64,000 nucleotides of DNA from NCBI GenBank assembly GCA_964016885.1, contig OZ024743.1, positions 348,812,001-348,876,000 of the forward strand, written 5' to 3'. Made by a program: the position numbers and the translations under genes. Below the pieces are notes generated by a model. It was not told the DNA's origin and did no database searches. It saw nothing but the letters and a program-made list of their open reading frames with translations. Source of the stretch: Eledone cirrhosa. Lineage: Eukaryota. This document shows, in pieces, positions 44,190 to 57,345 of this stretch; positions within the stretch are counted from its first letter, which is position 1; every line of letters starts with the position of its first letter.

Positions 44190-45735
44190 GATTTAAGATT
44201 CTACTTCAGTTTGTCTTTATATCTGAGTAATGGTCTGCCTACATTGCGGGCACCATCATGAAATCGACTGTTTAACAGTACCTTCGGTGTGTGGTACTAA
44301 GTCATCCGAAGGACATGATCCACCCATCTGACAGAGCGAAGGCAAAATTTGTGGAAAGCATTACGCTTATAAATGTGGGTTTGATAACGTGTCTATTGCT
44401 CTGAGCCGTATAAGAGTGTTGTCAGTACCACTGCAAGATAAACAGCAACATTCTTACTTTCTTTTTAAGGGATATATTTCCGACAATCGATTGACGAAGT
44501 CAGTCGATTTAGATATGCGATTGATGATCTCATCATCAAGGGCTTAAGAGAGGGCCACGTTGCTGCCAAAGTAAGAAAGAGGTTCACATACGTCAGATCA
44601 TTCCCCTCAAAAGTAATGGGAACATGGGGGAGTCCATGCCCTGGCTGTCTTTGCCCAATATCTAGTTTACTGGGGTTGGTCCATCATTCCTTGTGCGTCG
44701 TTGAGGGATGTTGCAACAAGTGCAGTATCATCAACAAACAGTAAACCATGAAGAACACTTGGCCGTATTTTAACCTTAAAGCGCTGATGGTTGAGTAACC
44801 CACCTAATATATGGAATTCAAATCTGACACCAGCGACTAATTTGCCAAATACACACGGGAGCATTACAGAGAAAATGAGAGGAGAAAAAAATAGAAGCCA
44901 TTACACAGACCTGCTTCGTACTGTTTGTGACACCAAACGGTTCAGACCATTCGCAATTTCACATAAATAATGCTTTAACGCACTCATTAAAAGACATAAA
45001 ATTCAGCATATTGCGAGTTATTTTACAGGGAGCTTTGTGATTGACAGTGTCAAAAGCTTTGGTCAAGTCGAGAAAGACCATAAACAGTTCCCGGTGCTTT
45101 TCAGGAACCTTCTCTGCAGCCTGGTAAAGGGAGAACATGATGTCAATAGTACCTGTGCATAAACCACATTGATTTTCATCAATTGATATCATCAATAAGT
45201 CTCAAATTAATTCTGTTGAGAATGATTACTTTGCTCCGAGAACCTTCATCAATATAATTTTTAAATTTGTTCTTGAAAAGATGGATTATAGATTTATCTC
45301 TAATGACTTGAGGTATATGTTCGACCTTCCTTATTTTCAGAAATAGATGAAGAAGCTTACATAAAAATGTGACCACCATATTTGAAAATGTCAGGTGGAA
45401 TGCCATCTTTACCAGGAGATATATTACATAACAGTTTCATAAAAGCGGCTTCTATTTCATGTCTTCGGCCTTTGTGAAATATGTATCACATCATCAGCGT
45501 TTGACTCAGCATATAAGATATTTTTAAAGAGTTCTTTCCACCGAGAAAGAATCTCAGCTTCGTATGTGTATGCTTTTTTACCATCAGAACAAAACATTAT
45601 TTGACCTGCTCCACTTCGGATTATAAACTGTGTTCAGACCATTATAAAATACCTTTGGTTCCACTTTATCAGGATAGCCTTGTAGGTCAGCTGCTTTAGC
45701 TGTCCACCAGGCATCGGTCATCTTTCTAAGTGAGG
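44190..45735 (-). mobile_element. Decayed RTE-type LINE reverse transcriptase
   Basis: NQCG..GTIDIMFSLYQAAEKVPEKHRELFMVFLDLTKAFDTVNH; LLFVDDTALVA (YADD equivalent); SYFGS; WVDHVLRM; RNVGRPLLRYKDKLK. Confidence 0.9.
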
Positions 45736-45755
45736 ATGGTGCCTACTGCTTCTAT

Positions 45756-45808
45756 AACTGTTTCATTCGAATGAAACAGTTCTAGTCCTGTAGAAGCAAT
45801 TTCTATAT

Positions 45809-45815
<7 letters not shown>
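45756..45815. mobile_element. HHR family F mini fold-back turning in the stem II loop
   Basis: AACTGTTTCATTC|GAATGAAACAGTT palindrome followed by CTAGTCCTGTAGAAGC and (TA)n. Confidence 0.75.
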
Positions 45816-45854
<39 letters not shown>

Positions 45855-46409
45855 ATGTATATCTATATCTATATGAATATATATATATATATTAAGGATG
45901 CACTCATAAGAGAATTAGTCGATTACCAATTATCGATCCATCGACCGATACGGATTAATAGGCCCATCGGTTTCCCACAATCATAAGAAATCCCTCCGTC
46001 TCATCTGGCTTTCGTTTTCTAAAGAATCAATGAACAAATATCAAGACTAATTTTTCAGCAAAAAAAGGAAAAGGGGACTGGAAATCAGCCATTTCTTGAT
46101 AACCGTGTTTCCGCATGTTTTTATGCATGTGTGCTTGTGTCTCTTTGTCTTTGTATGTGTATTTACATGTAATTACTTTATTCTTTTACTGTTTTATTTA
46201 TTTCGGTATGGTGGCAGCGTTTCATAATATCATCTTACCAAAAATGATTAGTAGGTAACAAAACATTCTTTAGAAATATTTTACAACAATTACGACAATC
46301 ATTTTATACTAGAAAATGAACTCGTTACCCATCAAATATATATGTTTAACTGAGCAAACACTACACACATGGCTAAATATTTTGAGTATTCGGCACGCGA
46401 ATAGAAACA

Positions 46410-46640
46410 TAGTGCGTTCGATTCTCCGTCCTTGAGCACGTTTAGGTCAGATTGTTCCAGTCCACTCAGCTGGAACACAATGGGTACTACCTGTAATTCA
46501 AAGGTCTAGCATTGTCTCACACCGTGTCACAGTTAATCTCCATTAGAATTACATTAAATGTATATGTTAATATATAGAACATAATGTTACAATGATTAAA
46601 CAACTGGAACACTCGTTGTAGGAACCGGCTGTGCCCCAAC
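46410..46640 (+). mobile_element. Diverged copy of a third SINE family
   Basis: GTTCGATTC B-box, then GTCCTTGAGCA..CCAGTCCACTCAGCTG core-like motif. Confidence 0.45.
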
Positions 46641-46933
46641 GTATTTCAGGACATAGTGTCTCCACTTGTAAGTAGAATGAGTAAATGAATTTAAACAAAA
46701 TTTATAAACACAAAAAATACTACGCGAATAGACTCGAGAATCGTACATACTTACTTGTTTTAAATCGATTGGTGTTCAATACTTTTACAAACTATCGTGA
46801 CAATTCAACTGAGAAATCACCTGTAGTTATTTATGGTTGTTTAAAGAGAATGCATATGCTTTTTACGAAGTAGAGACATTTACACAGCCACACATCCACA
46901 AGCGCGTGCACTCACAAACACACGCACATTCTT

Positions 46934-46999
<66 letters not shown>

Positions 47000-47001
<2 letters not shown>

Positions 47002-47064
47002 AAATAATGAAATTTCACTTCCCACTCTTAGTACGGCTGATACTTAAATATAAGTATGTATACG

Positions 47065-47128
<64 letters not shown>

Positions 47129-47621
47129 CGTACAGTAGTATGTATATACATACATGCACATATATATATATATATATCTACGTTTGGGTTTACCGAAGAT
47201 TTATTATAATGTTCGGTTTGTTTGTAATCAAACAGCCCCAATTAAGCCGTATAGTGTTCGGCAACCATCGATGCCCTTTTGTTAAACACTGACAAAGGAA
47301 CGATGAACTAGTTTCTAGCTTATTAGCTGACATCAGCACCGTATAACTTCCTGTCAGTCGATTAAACGTTTGAAATTATATAATTTCCTTATGCATATTA
47401 ACAGCTGAGCAGCCTAATTTGCATATCGAGTGAGTTAGTCGGCCGGGCGTACCGAAAACGATAAATGGAAAAAATGAAATTCCATTTCTCACTCTTAGTA
47501 CGATGGTTGCCGAACACTGTACGTCTTAATTCCGGCTGTTTTTGTTTACAAACAAACCGAACTTTATAATAAATGTTCGGTAAACCCATACGTATATATA
47601 TGTTGTGTGTACGTATACATA

Positions 47622-47628
<7 letters not shown>
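47000..47628 (-). mobile_element. HHR family I element: terminally redundant monomer (47000-47502) plus inverted tail (47501-47628)
   Basis: Direct repeat 47000-47035 / 47467-47502. Inverted repeats 47178-47270 / 47501-47594 and 47049-47068 / 47609-47628. HHR-like motif at 47301-47341. Confidence 0.75.
47301..47341 (-). ncRNA. Hammerhead-like motif (family I), A9 altered
   Basis: Minus strand CGGTG CTGATGT C AGCT AATA AGCT A GAA ACTAGT T CATCG; stem I CGGTG/CATCG, palindromic ACTAGT. Confidence 0.6.
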
Positions 47629-47681
<53 letters not shown>

Positions 47682-47685
47682 TATA

Positions 47686-47902
47686 AAAATAACAGATTAA
47701 AGTTTAAGCAAAGAATCGCTGCTTTCAGCCTTAACGGGATCTTCTGAAGATTCCGTAAAGGGTGAAAGCAGCGATTATTTGCTTAAACTTTAATCTGTTA
47801 TTTTAATAAATATTTGCTCTCGGTTCTTATATATTTGATATATATTTATCCTTATCGAACCCTCTTTGGATTTTAGTCTTCAAATTTATTATTATTACTA
47901 TA
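47686..47902. mobile_element. HHR family B fold-back turning at the catalytic core
   Basis: Palindrome centred on ATCTTC-T-GAAGAT (47745). Plus arm continues into a tail matching the reverse complement of 48663-48760. Confidence 0.85.
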
Positions 47903-48629
47903 TGTATATATATATATATATATTGTTTAACCTTGCAGATCTTCATCTCTACTGATTGGTTTGTAACCGAAAAACTGAGGGCTATATAAAGAACGTCGTT
48001 GATGTGCAAATTCATTGACAAAGGGAGGTAACTCAAGTTAGAATGACGTATGCAGGCGATTGAGATCGTTCTGGATAAAAATAGGATAGTTGTGCATCGG
48101 TTGAAATTAGTCTGGGTCTTTGTACTTACGTAATACGTGCTTGGCTGCGTGGGGACAGCGATTATTGAAATCAAATCTTGTATTAAGACAGGTACTGTTG
48201 CGTAATCTCCGCAACTTATGTTATCTTTGGTAATTTTATACAATGATCGAAACATTTGTGAAATCTGTTCCACAAACCAAATTTTTACTGTTCAGTAAGA
48301 CGGTATAAGGCAGTTCGCATCATTATTTTCATCAGCTTTGAGGCTATTTTGGAGTGGGAAGGAGGAATTAATCCTTAAACCGGAGACTTCGTCCAAATGA
48401 GACTTTTCCGCTAAAGGATACCCAACAGTTAGATGGTCATATAAGGACACGACGACTTCTACTCTACAACCAAAGTTGGTTACAAACCACCTCAAAATTC
48501 TTAACATATACATCATGTTTTCTTTAGAGGTTCCAAGTGGCAGTTTTCGAACTTACGTATATTAATATGGGAAGAAATAGATGTCAGTGATTAAATGCAT
48601 TGAACATATAATTTAATATATATACACAA

Positions 48630-48662
<33 letters not shown>

Positions 48663-48664
<2 letters not shown>

Positions 48665-49192
48665 GTATTAATAATAAATTTGAAGACTAAAATAAAAAGA
48701 GGGCTCGATAAGGATAAATATATATCAAATACATAAGAACTGTAGAGCAAATATTTATTAAAATAACAGATTAAAGTTTAAGCTAAGAATCGCTGCTTTC
48801 ACCCTTAACGGGATCTTCTGAAACTAACAAAGTCAATCTGTTAACGCAGAAGTGAATAATTCAAAAAACGTTGCAACTAGAGGAAGACAGGAAGACGATA
48901 CGTTGGTGAAAAATATTAGTATACGACTTCTTTTATACCATAAACGTGGTTTTGTTTTTGCGTGTAATTGTTTTTCACCGCTCCTACTAATGACGTATTA
49001 TATTCGTTTTTTCCCGTTCTTTGCCAGGGAACGTTTCCACGAACCAAACTATCGTCTTCCTGTCTTTCTCCAGTTGCAACGTTTTTTGAAATATTCACTT
49101 CTGCGTTCACATATTGACTTTGTTAATTTCAGAAGATCCCGTTAAGGGTGAAAGCAGCGATTCTTTGCTTAAACTTTAATCTGTTATTTAAA
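48663..49192. mobile_element. HHR family B fold-back; ribozyme motifs at 48775-48825 (-) and 49125-49175 (+)
   Basis: A(G/A)TTT CAGAAGA TCCC GTTAA GGGT GAA AGC..GCT T AAACT on both arms. Arms 48760-48900 and 49049-49190 are inverted. Confidence 0.85.
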
Positions 49193-49224
<32 letters not shown>

Positions 49225-49289
49225 TATATGTGTGCGTGTGTGAGAAAAAACACATATATAAAACCATATATATATATGTGTGAGAAAAA

Positions 49290-49605
<316 letters not shown>

Positions 49606-49606
49606 T

Positions 49607-49969
<363 letters not shown>

Positions 49970-50020
49970 GAGAGAACAGAAAAAGAAACATCAGTGATGC
50001 ATCTGAACTCAATTTATTGT

Positions 50021-50108
50021 GTGTTACAATTGTTTCGCCGGCGGACAGCTCGAGACGCGATTATTGTGTGGATCTGTCTGATTCTGGACCCGCAGTTTCG
50101 ACGGACAC
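50021..50108 (-). ncRNA. Degenerate hammerhead-like motif (family M) with long stem II
   Basis: Minus strand GTGT CCGTCGA ..GCGGG..CAG...CTG TCCGC.. GAA ACAATTGT A ACAC; stem I and the palindromic stem III are intact, the core has two changes. Confidence 0.45.
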
Positions 50109-50233
50109 GTTTAATGATGTCGGACCATATTCTCTCATATTCTATCATACTCTGCTTTGTAAGAGTATAGAGTGCTCAACCGGCATACCGCCTATGGACG
50201 CATCTTAGCTACCATCATACACACACACACACG

Positions 50234-50336
<103 letters not shown>

Positions 50337-50499
50337 TTATATATATAATTAATTATATATATATAATTAATTATATATATATATTTTATCTTTGAGACGA
50401 CTGCTGGATTTTCGAATCTACCAGTTTCGTTTTAGCGCTGAAGGAGACCATCACTAATTTATTAATGTCGATGTAATTTCTATATCGATATTATTTGGG

Positions 50500-50549
50500 A
50501 ATCCACTGACGAGTTTATAAGAGCCCGCTTATGCATAAAACTATGGATT
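50500..50549 (+). ncRNA. Degenerate hammerhead-like motif (family P)
   Basis: AATCCA CTGACGA GTTTATAAG AGCCCG CTTATGCAT AAAA C TA TGGATT; 6-bp stem I and perfect 5' core, but G12A and a collapsed stem III. Confidence 0.45.
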
Positions 50550-50831
50550 ATATACAAGTTTCTTCATAACCTGGACATTATTTATCCAAAATTGTAGAAA
50601 TCTTATAACGAAACGTTCGTCTGGAAGGAAAGAGATATTTATTTAATTATGTCTCATATAAAATAATACAACCAGCTATCCACGAAATACTGATTAGTTA
50701 GTACCCCAAACACTAAATTGGGAAAATAATTAGGTATATCCTAATGTTTGTTGAGTGAGATGGAGTTGGTCAGAGCATGTATCGCTTAAGGCTTTCTCTG
50801 TTAATGTATTATATATATATATATATATATA

Positions 50832-51345
50832 TTGGATAAGTTATTCCGGGTTGAATCGGAGATAACCACAGTAAGATACTCAATACATAGCAGAATATAT
50901 CAGTTTTAATATAGAACAGCTTCTACAGGACTAGAACTGTTACATTCGTGAGAAATCATCAGGAAGCTGGCTGTCCAAGTAAACGGTAGTATTTATATAT
51001 TTCCTTATCTGGTGGTAGGAGAGGGTGGGGATTGGGATGGGTGTAGGTCATTGGTTGAAGGGTTTAAAGAAAAGGGGGTTTATTAAAAGCTAATTGCTAA
51101 AAGCTTTAATATTAACAAAGGCAGAAAGAATACTGTAAACAAATCCAAAATTGGAATACCAATCACTTAGACTAACAAGGCCTGTAAGACAGGTGTCTAC
51201 AGGATGGGTGGGGTTCATGGTTTAAAGTAAAGGGAAATTTTTTAGAAGTTAGGGTGACAAAGACAGAAAGGGTTCCATCAACAGATTCAAATGTTGGGGT
51301 GAGACCCCTTATTGTGAAGTGTCTCTTAATATATATTCCAGGTGT
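50832..51345 (-). mobile_element. HHR family F longer copy; ribozyme motif at 50917-50969
   Basis: Minus strand CAGCTTC CTGATGA TTTC TCAC GAAT GTA ACAG TTCTAGTC CTGT A GAAGCTG (7-bp stem I; GAAA mutated to GTAA). An opposite-orientation decayed copy lies at 51910-52000. Confidence 0.8.
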
Positions 51346-51554
51346 CGACAAACACATTCACACACGCGCTCACTTACACACATGCAGATACATACACGCA
51401 CGCACACACAGGCAGGCACACACACAACAAACATACATAATGGTACATACACACATACATATATACCAATATATACTTACACATATACATATATATGTGT
51501 ACATATATACGCATACATATATACATATACTTATAAATGCACATATATATATAT

Positions 51555-51597
<43 letters not shown>

Positions 51598-52005
51598 CAC
51601 ATACATACACACATACATACATATACATACATATACACGCACACGCATACATGCTCTCAAGCGTACACACCCACACACACACATTTATATATATATATAT
51701 ATATATATTCCTACGTACACCTATACATACATATATAAACACGTACATACACACAAATACATACATACACACACATATACACACATACATACACACATAC
51801 ACATACACACACACAAACATATATATATATATTTATATATTTATATACATATAGCGTGAAACCAAAAACCATATCCTTTCTGCTGCAACTCTGTTTCTTC
51901 ATATAGACATAACTACTACCATTTACTTTTACAGCCAGCTTCCTGATGATTTCTCACGAATAAACCAGTTTTATCCCAGAAGAAGCTCTTCTATATTTAA
52001 TCTAC

Positions 52006-52098
<93 letters not shown>

Positions 52099-52102
<4 letters not shown>

Positions 52103-52414
52103 AAGGAAAAGCGAAGTAGTTTCAGGTGTTCAAGTCCTTTAATAATAATGCTGTGATATATATTTCAATGACGACACTTGCCACACTGTTCTGTGTGCGA
52201 GTGTCGTGTCATCATCAGACAGCTTGTTACATAATAAGGTCATTTCTGAGGCAATCCAAATTGAATCGACATGGGAACGGATGAAGTTCGTGCTTTGGGG
52301 TTTTTTGAACATCTGATACTACTTCGCTTTTGCTTATTCGATATTTACTCCGTCACTCCTATGTTTAAAAATTAAGTTGAGTGCTTGAATTGAATTGCAT
52401 CAATGTTTACCCTG

Positions 52415-52417
<3 letters not shown>
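52099..52417. mobile_element. HHR family H element with inverted tail
   Basis: 52099-52133 is inverted to 52305-52339. Minus-strand HHR at 52150-52223. (TA)n on both sides. Confidence 0.75.
52150..52223 (-). ncRNA. Type I hammerhead ribozyme motif (family H), extended stem II
   Basis: GCTGT CTGATGA TGAC AC GACACTCGC ACAC AGAACA GTGT G GCAAGTGTC GTCA TT GAA ATATATAT C ACAGC; stem I GCTGT/ACAGC, AUC triplet. Confidence 0.75.
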
Positions 52418-52508
<91 letters not shown>

Positions 52509-52510
52509 AG

Positions 52511-52915
52511 AGGTTACACAACAGTTAGTTCACCATACCGAGAACAATTGTTTCACCTAGATAACTACAAGGCTCCGGACTGATTCTTTGTAATTTAATT
52601 TTAATTTTTTTATTTTATTTTCAACCAAAAAACTTTCCGGACTTTCGCAGTTATCTCCCTTACCCCCCCCCCCCCCCCCCCCTCCCGCACGCAGTCTAAT
52701 ATTGCCAATGTGAAATGACCGAGTTTCTGCGCATGCGCGTTCGTACGGTTGTCCTTCCTGTTCCTTTAACCATACACATCCCGAGCTGAAGATCCGCGAA
52801 GGTGAAACAATTGTTCTCGGTATGGTGAACTAACTGTTGTGTAACCACTTCTACCTAACTCGTCCCTTGCACTGAGTGCTCTACCACTACGGATATTACC
52901 TTACAGTGTTCCACC
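52511..52915 (+). mobile_element. HHR family C element: short inverted tail (52511-52558) + longer plus copy
   Basis: Homologous to 8567-8762; starts at (TA)n. Confidence 0.85.
52769..52826 (+). ncRNA. Type I hammerhead ribozyme (family C), canonical core; best intact candidate
   Basis: ACCATA cacatc CCGAG CTGAAGA T CC GCGAA GG T GAA ACAATTGT T CTCGG TATGGT; stem I CCGAG/CTCGG extended by ACCATA/TATGGT across a bulge; cleavage predicted after 52815. Confidence 0.8.
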
Positions 52916-53137
52916 ACTTTATATCTATATAAAGAGAGTCCTGCTATGGCCAAGAACATACAAATGAAAAAAAAATGTGCTAAGCGTGTAAAATGGACGC
53001 ATAGAGGTAATAATCCGATCTCATCAGTTGACGGCTAGAGAGGCATTTTTTTGTTTTCAGTACTTTAATGATGATACAACTAGCTCTACTGCACAATATA
53101 GAGTAACGAATAGGCAAAGGACAAGACTATTTACAAA

Positions 53138-53327
53138 TAATTGTTTCTACTTTTGGCACAAGGCCAGCAATTATCCCAGTGAATTACTGATTTACTGATA
53201 CTTTATTTTATCGACCCCGTAAGGATGAAAGGCAAAGTTAACCTCAGCGGGATTTGAACTCAAAAAGGCAAGGGCCGTAACTCTATGTGTCAAAGCATGG
53301 CATCCGACCCTCTACCGATACTGCCAA
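53138..53327 (-). mobile_element. SINE copy
   Basis: Reverse-complement SINE consensus. Confidence 0.9.
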
Positions 53328-53610
53328 TAATGAACAAACGACAGTAACAAATGTATAAAAGATAAGACGATCGACTTAACGCCTATTTACAAATAATAGC
53401 AAATCTGTCACTAACCCTTGATCTGACTCTGAAAAGATACAGACGCCTCCCAACATATCGATTAGCCAAAAAGAAGGAGAAGAGATACAGAATATGCAAA
53501 CCTTAATAAAATAATTCTCAAATTGTTTGAACGTTAAATCCTAAAATAATAAAGATACAACGGGCAGAGAAGAAGAGGGACGAGAGCGAGTAAGTGATGA
53601 ATCGCGGTGG

Positions 53611-53711
<101 letters not shown>

Positions 53712-53845
53712 AGAAGAAGAGAGAAAGAATGATCGATACGGATAGGGAAATGGATGTATCTATGTATTGTGTATATCTAATGGTATGACGAAACTGGACA
53801 TATGGAACAATTGAATTACTTCCACCATTGTTGTTGGTACATATT

Positions 53846-53927
<82 letters not shown>

Positions 53928-54142
53928 TATGAATATAAATATATATATATATAGAGAGAGAGAGAGGGAGATGTATTTGCTCACACAATATACGCCTCTG
54001 AGCTGTACTCAATAATACAAAGATCACCATGAAACTTACACGTAAATATAATATAGCCTCATCATATATATATAATTCATGCATACATATATATATACAC
54101 ATATATAAACACACTCACAAAGACTCCCAAACACACACACAT

Positions 54143-54206
<64 letters not shown>

Positions 54207-54618
54207 ACACGTGTCCAGGAAAGAAACAAAAGAAACAAAGAGACACACATATATCAGAGACCTTAATGAATAAAAGGGAAACAGGAACCACAGTGTGATA
54301 GTTGGAATGCTAAAGGGAGTTATGAAGTAAATGCAGAGCTTTCTTCTTTTGTAACCTTTAATAACGGGCAATAGTTAATGTATTCAATAGTATTACGGCA
54401 ATGGATCGACTGACCGGAAGTTCAGGTCCAAGAAGCATGCCACATCAACCATTCATACATAATTCCTGCTACGCCACTTGACATGAATTCTATTCGCTTC
54501 CAGCAGAAAATACATATGAGTAAAAAAGGAAACAAAGAAAAAATATGCAACCATTCACGATCACACTAATACTTTCATATAGAAATACACAAGGACATTC
54601 ACAAAATCTTATATATAT

Positions 54619-54831
<213 letters not shown>

Positions 54832-54859
54832 TATAATATGTGTGTGTATTTAAATATAT

Positions 54860-54908
<49 letters not shown>

Positions 54909-55270
54909 TGTATATATACGTTCAAAGGCGTATACACATACTCAAACATAACATATATTCTATAAACGCATATATGCATGTCTAGAGTATTCAAGCACAC
55001 ACATACACACATATATATAAATATATAAATATATTGATATTCATATGTATATGTACACTATCGAGGTTATTGGCAAGGGCTTGGTCGAGAGGAATAAACA
55101 AATATTCCGCCATATTCAGATCACCAGTCTCTAAAGTATATAACATACTGCGCTTCACAGCTATATCTGTCTTTATATCTTTCTATCTATCTATCTATTG
55201 ATCTATCTCTCTATCTCTCTCTCTCTATCACACAAACATATATATGTATATATACATTTCATTTATATAT

Positions 55271-55351
<81 letters not shown>

Positions 55352-55819
55352 CATGTGTGTGTCTGTATATATATCTGTGTGTGTGTGTGTGTATGTGTGT
55401 GTGTGTGTGTGTGTATGTGTGTGTGTGGTTGTGTGAGTTTATGGCCCCATACAAAGACATACATATATTTCGTCCTTTCGCGATGTGCTTAATTTTTTTT
55501 ATTTTCTCTGTTATTTTACCCATTTCTTGTCCCTTAACATATTTATCCCTGCTCTCATCTTTATTCTCCTAGTTTTACAAGATATTTCTATACCTTCTTC
55601 ATTTCTGAGTAATATTCATTTTATTGTTGTTCAATATTATTCATGACCGAATAGTTAAGATGTTCGTTTGGCAAACTTTAAGTTGAGGTATCGAAACAGG
55701 AAAACAAAAGAAGTGTTTAGACACGAACACACACACACGCACACACACACACGCACACACAAGCGCACACACACACACACGCACGCATACACACACACAC
55801 ACACACACACACACGCACG

Positions 55820-55899
<80 letters not shown>

Positions 55900-55903
<4 letters not shown>

Positions 55904-56463
55904 GGTTGGACAAAACAATGGACACACCTAGCATCATGGCATCCTAATTTTGAAATATCTATAAAACCATCAAAAGCTTGTTTATTTTTATTGTTCTCGA
56001 GGTTGTCATTAAGCTCTGCAGTAATTTTGGGAGCTGTACTTTTGTGATCCTTTCTAACAATTCGCTTGAGAGTCCGACGGTACCTATCTGAAAGTTTTGG
56101 TTTTCTTCCGGTCTTTTGTTTCGACGAGGAGGTGTTCCCTTCTTTCTCAAAGGTTGTCATTACTTTCGAGACAGTACTTCTTGATACACCAAACATTTCG
56201 GCTGTTTTCGTTACGCTAGCGCCTGCCATACGAGCACCAACAATTTAACCTCTTTGAAAGTCCGATAGATCTGTCATTTTAATGAATTTTAATTACCTTT
56301 TTCTGCTGATATCTGAAAAGAAACAGCAATTTTAACAAAACATATTAAGCAACACTAATAACTAAAAAAACATAAACATAAACAAGATTTTGACGGTTTT
56401 ATAGATATTTCAAAATTATGATGCTATGATGCTAGGTATTTCCATTATTTTGTGCATTATATG
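55900..56463 (-). mobile_element. Internally deleted Tc1-family transposon
   Basis: ~85 bp TIRs (CAGGGGTTGGACAAAA.. at 55900-55985 / 56376-56463). From ATG 56277: MTDLSDFQRG*IVGARMAGASVTKTAEMFGVSRSTVSKV..GRKPKLSDR..LKRIVRKDHKSTA (paired HTH + GRPR-like motif); DDE domain missing. Confidence 0.9.
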
Positions 56464-56485
56464 TATATGTATTTGTATGTATATA

Positions 56486-56565
<80 letters not shown>

Positions 56566-56811
56566 GTATATATACTGGTCTCCACGGTTTAACGAGACTT
56601 ACGTTGCTGGTATATACATTATGAGCAACTGTATGAAAGACAGAATGTGTATATAGATATATAGAGTGGAACCACTGTTCATAAACAATTTTTCCGAACA
56701 TATAACGTCTCGGTTGACGAAGGACCTTCAGGGACGAATTAATTCGTGAACCGAGTTTCCACTACATACACATCTATATATATATGTAGATAATAGATAC
56801 TCACACACACA

Positions 56812-56880
<69 letters not shown>

Positions 56881-56887
<7 letters not shown>

Positions 56888-57345
56888 TTGGTGCTCTGAA
56901 ATTAGGATATATATACATGAATGTATATATATAGTATATTTGGCAATATTCTGTATGCTTAATTAAAAGCATTTTGAAGACCTTGCTCTATTATTTTAAA
57001 GTAGTGACTATGCCACTTACTTCCTTTTTCAACAAACAAAGGGAGATAAGCTGACAGATCTGTTTCATACTGTTGGTAATCATCAGATTTAGCACTCGCT
57101 TTGTCTGTTGAAAATTATAATGTTGGATTCTTATAGGATTCCAGTAATAATCAGGAACTGATTATACAGAGCGATTGTCGATCCAGGAAAAATAAAAAAT
57201 TAGAATTGGTGCTCTGAAATAACGATGTATACATGAATGTATATATAGTATATTTGGCAATATACTGTATGCTTAATTAAAAACATTTTGAAGACCTTGC
57301 GCTATTATTTTAAAGGAGTGACTATGTCACATACTTCTTTTTTCA
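56881..57345 (-). mobile_element. HHR family K partial tandem (retrozyme/pLTR-like), unit 318 bp
   Basis: Direct repeats 56881-57031 and 57199-57345 flank a hammerhead; abuts (TA)n. Confidence 0.8.
57026..57114 (-). ncRNA. Type I hammerhead ribozyme motif (family K)
   Basis: Minus strand TTTTCAACAGACAAAG..T CTGATGA T TAC CAACA GTA T GAA ACAGATCTGT C A..CTTTGTTTGTTGAAAA; palindromic stem III, GUC triplet, 16-bp distal stem I, weak proximal stem I. Confidence 0.7.

Noticed and set aside
45958-46015. Minus-strand CAGATGA...GAAACCGATG
   Set aside because: No stem II and an invalid cleavage triplet; at most a heavily decayed relic.
56670-56765. Small imperfect inverted repeat with minus-strand CTGAAGG...GAGACGTT
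   Set aside because: Two core changes and no stems; too degenerate to call.
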